A stretch of 64,000 nt of DNA from positions 64,001-128,000 of the forward strand of contig CAWDSQ010000011.1 of the NCBI GenBank assembly GCA_963804955.1, given 5' to 3'. A program made the translations under genes and the position numbers. Each line of letters opens with the position of its first letter. The first letter of the stretch is position 1. The DNA is from an uncultured delta proteobacterium (GTDB taxonomy: Bacteria > Desulfobacterota > WTBG01 > CAIYCZ01 > CAIRTM01). Below the pieces are notes generated by a model. That model ran no database searches. It saw only the letters and a list, made by a program, of their open reading frames with translations, and was not told the origin of the DNA. This document shows, one piece after another, positions 61,261-64,000 of this stretch.

Positions 61261-62526
61261 TTAAAAATTTTCTGCTTTTTCATCTGCCGGCCTGACACGC
61301 GCAAGCAGCAGCCCGCCAACGATAAAGAGCAGGCCAAGAGATGCTATGCCAAGCCTCGGGCTGCCGGTTGCATAGGAGGTAATGCCGACCAGGGCCGGGC
61401 CCAGGATGGTCGAGCTTTTTCCGATCATATTGTAAAAACCGAAAAACTGCCCGCAGCGGTCCTGAGGAACCAATCCTGCAAACAGGGAGCGGCTCAGCGA
61501 CTGGACGCCGCCCTGCACCAGCCCCACCATAACGGCAAGCATATAGAATTCTTTTGTATCCTGAATAAGCATGCCCCAGAGCACGATGAACCCGTACAGC
61601 GCTATGCCCAGCAGAATGCTGCGCCGGGCGCCCCAGCGCCGGCCGAGATACCCGAACAGAATAGCGCAGGGAAAACCGACAAACTGCGTAATGAGCAGCG
61701 CCAGGATGAGGTCCCGGGATGCAAAGCCCAGCGACAGCCCGTAATCAACTGCCATGCGGATAACGCTGTTGACGCCTTCGATATAAAACCAGTAGGCAAG
61801 CAGGAACAGCCAGACCGGCTTCATCTGCCGCACCTGCCTGAATGTTTCCCGCAGCTGGGTAAGGCCGGCACGGTATGCCGCAGCCGGCTTCAGGAATGCG
61901 GCTCTTCCTTCCGGCACATACACAAGCAGGGGCAGGGTAAAAACAGCCCACCAGAGAGCTGCTGCCAGAAAAGATGCTCTGACCACCTCCTCCGGCTGCA
62001 TGCCCAGAAGAGCAGGGTACATCGTTGCCAGAACGCACAGGGCAAACACCACTCCGCCGGCCAGGTATCCGAGCGAGTAGCCAAGCGCCGATACGCTGTG
62101 CATGCGGTCTTTGCCGGCAACAGAGGGGAGCAATGCGTCATAGAAGATGTTGGAGGCTTCGAAAGCTGCGCAGCCTGCCGCGTAGAGCACAACCGCCAGC
62201 GGCCACAGGCCCTTGCCTGTCGCGCACAGCAGGGCGGTTGCGGCGCAGCCGGCAAAGGTAAAAAGCCCCAGCAGGCGTTTTTTGTATGAGCCCCCGTCAG
62301 CTATGGCGCCCAGCAGCGGAGCCAGCAGCGCCACGGCAAGTCCGGCTGCTGCGTTTGTCAGGCCGAGCCGGGCTGTGGAAACAGTTACATCGACACCTGC
62401 GCTCCAGAAGGACTTGAAGAATACCGGGAAAAAGCCTGCCATGACAACCGTGGCAAACGCGCTGTTGCCCGCATCATAGAGCGCCCAGGCCCAGACGGAT
62501 TTTTTGTTTTCAGGCATATGCGCCAT
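61261..62526 (-). CDS. MFS transporter (UMF1/Atg22-like)
   Basis: WALYDAGNSAF, FYDALLP, GGVQSLSRS, FFGFY. Confidence 0.9.
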   Translation of the reverse strand: MAHMPENKKSVWAWALYDAGNSAFATVVMAGFFPVFFKSFWSAGVDVTVSTARLGLTNAAAGLAVALLAPLLGAIADGGSYKKRLLGLFTFAGCAATALLCATGKGLWPLAVVLYAAGCAAFEASNIFYDALLPSVAGKDRMHSVSALGYSLGYLAGGVVFALCVLATMYPALLGMQPEEVVRASFLAAALWWAVFTLPLLVYVPEGRAAFLKPAAAYRAGLTQLRETFRQVRQMKPVWLFLLAYWFYIEGVNSVIRMAVDYGLSLGFASRDLILALLITQFVGFPCAILFGYLGRRWGARRSILLGIALYGFIVLWGMLIQDTKEFYMLAVMVGLVQGGVQSLSRSLFAGLVPQDRCGQFFGFYNMIGKSSTILGPALVGITSYATGSPRLGIASLGLLFIVGGLLLARVRPADEKAENF

Positions 62527-62535
62527 ACACGTGTT

Positions 62536-63049
62536 TCATGGGAGTGTTGTTACCGGTGAAAAAATCCGCGCAATGGATATGCGCTGTCCGGCATCAATGT
62601 TTCGGGATGCTGCATAAATATGGTTGACGGATACCAGCAGAAGATTCACCCTCTCCAGGTGCAGGAGGCTGTCGCCGGAGAGGGTGTTTAATGCTCCCTC
62701 TCTGAAATTTTCAGGGCAGCAGTCAATTCGCTGCAGGCCGTTTTCTTCCACCACCAAAGGCATGCCGTGCGTGCGGCAGATGACAGGCCGGTGTTCGTAC
62801 AGTACACACTGTCCTTCATGCAGGAGCGGGCATAGCCCCCTGGCTGTTGCAGGCTTTTTCAGCTGAGCCCTGAGCCGCGGCCTGCAGATAATAGAATTCA
62901 ACCGGCAGGAGATCAAGAACCTAACCGCAGCAGGCCGAGCATCCCGGGCTGCAGGCGATATGCCTGCCATGCATGTGCCTGAGCAGCATACAAAAATCAT
63001 CGATACGCGCAAGCAGCGATACGTACTGAGAAAAAGGATTTTCTTTCAT
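62536..63049 (-). CDS. YkgJ-family cysteine cluster protein, disrupted
   Basis: CSPGCSACC in one frame, CPLL...C.LYEHRPVICRTHG in another. Confidence 0.7.
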
Positions 63050-63175
63050 ATGAAAATCACATAATTCATTTTGCCGGCATCTACAATAATATAATTTCAA
63101 ACCGTGTAATTTTTTTAAAATATGCTATTTATAAAAGGGAAATATGCATATCTTGAAAAATAGTTTTTTTAACAG

Positions 63176-64000
63176 ATGAGGAATGCGATGAAGCGTTTCG
63201 GTTTTGGCGTAAAAGTAAATTTTGGTTTTATACTGCAAATTATTCTCCTCTTGATCCTCACCTCGGTGGTCTTGCGCATACTCCATTATATAAAAGAAGA
63301 GACAACAAGCCTGGTGGATTCAAACGGCTACAATCGGGTGCTGAGCCAGACGGAAATTGACCTGTACAGAGCGCATGTGTCTCATTGAGAAACGTGTGAA
63401 TATGCCGGAGTGAAGCTGCGGCACTCGTGGCAAAAGCACAGGAGCAAAAAATACAGCTTTTCTTTCTGATGAAGTGGGAAATTAAGCGCACTTCGGGCCA
63501 GGATCGCAGATGCTTGCACTCATTACTGGAATTGCGGCTGCCCGCATCCGGCTGCTTTCAGCTGAAAAGAAAGATTGTTACTGCGTCTCAGAATCCGGTG
63601 GGCGATCGGCCGTCCGGCAGGTGATCGCAGTTGATGTGTAGCCTGCCTTCAACAGCACTCTGGACAGCCTGCAGAAACTGCGGGAACGGTTTCACGAGCG
63701 CGCTCTTTCCTCGCGGGATGCGCTCTTCGGTCGCTATATTTTTATGCAGTGGGCAGTGGGCTGGACAACGATTGCCGGCGCACATAATCGGTTTGATGAT
63801 TATTTTTTTTGTTCTTCGGCCCGTGTTGCGGCAGATGCGGGAGGTGATTGAAACCCTTACTCGTAATTCCGATCAGGCACATGGCTGCTTCAGAGCATAT
63901 GTCCGGAGCCAGCCAGGATATAGCCAATGCAGCCAGTCAAAATGCATCAAGTCTAGAGGAGATATCGGCAACCGTGCGGGAGATAGCCGCCACATCAAAG
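63176..64000 (+). pseudogene. Degraded methyl-accepting chemotaxis protein (runs off window)
   Basis: N-terminal TM segment; terminal frame AASEHMSGASQDIANAASQNASSLEEISATVREIA is an MCP signalling heptad; multiple stops between. Confidence 0.6.

Overview
GC-rich bacterial contig; the gene content suggests an anaerobic deltaproteobacterium/Desulfobacterota (inference). Many essential genes carry single-base frameshifts, most likely long-read assembly errors, so gene spans below are stitched across ORF-track fragments. Core genes: class II ribonucleotide reductase nrdJ with tandem NrdR boxes, a lipid A acyltransferase, alaS, bamD, glmU-glmS-TlpA-msbA, hrpB, clpB, SpoIID/LytB, FadL, murJ and an MFS transporter. 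The stretch from about 27 to 51 kb is accessory. It holds an exported chelatase-like lipoprotein paired with a solute-binding-like lipoprotein, a lycopene-cyclase-domain/UbiA/UbiB gene trio, an AT-rich CapK/GNAT island, three toxin-antitoxin modules and a haloacetate dehalogenase. It is dense in small non-autonomous elements: two 108-bp IS200/IS605-like copies, nested TAGAGCATTT MITEs, REP-like palindromes, heptamer arrays and two duplicated ORF6N scars. A candidate structured ncRNA lies between the acyltransferase and alaS. No rRNA, tRNA, CRISPR array, integrase or intact transposase was seen. Family names come from motif recognition, not database searches.
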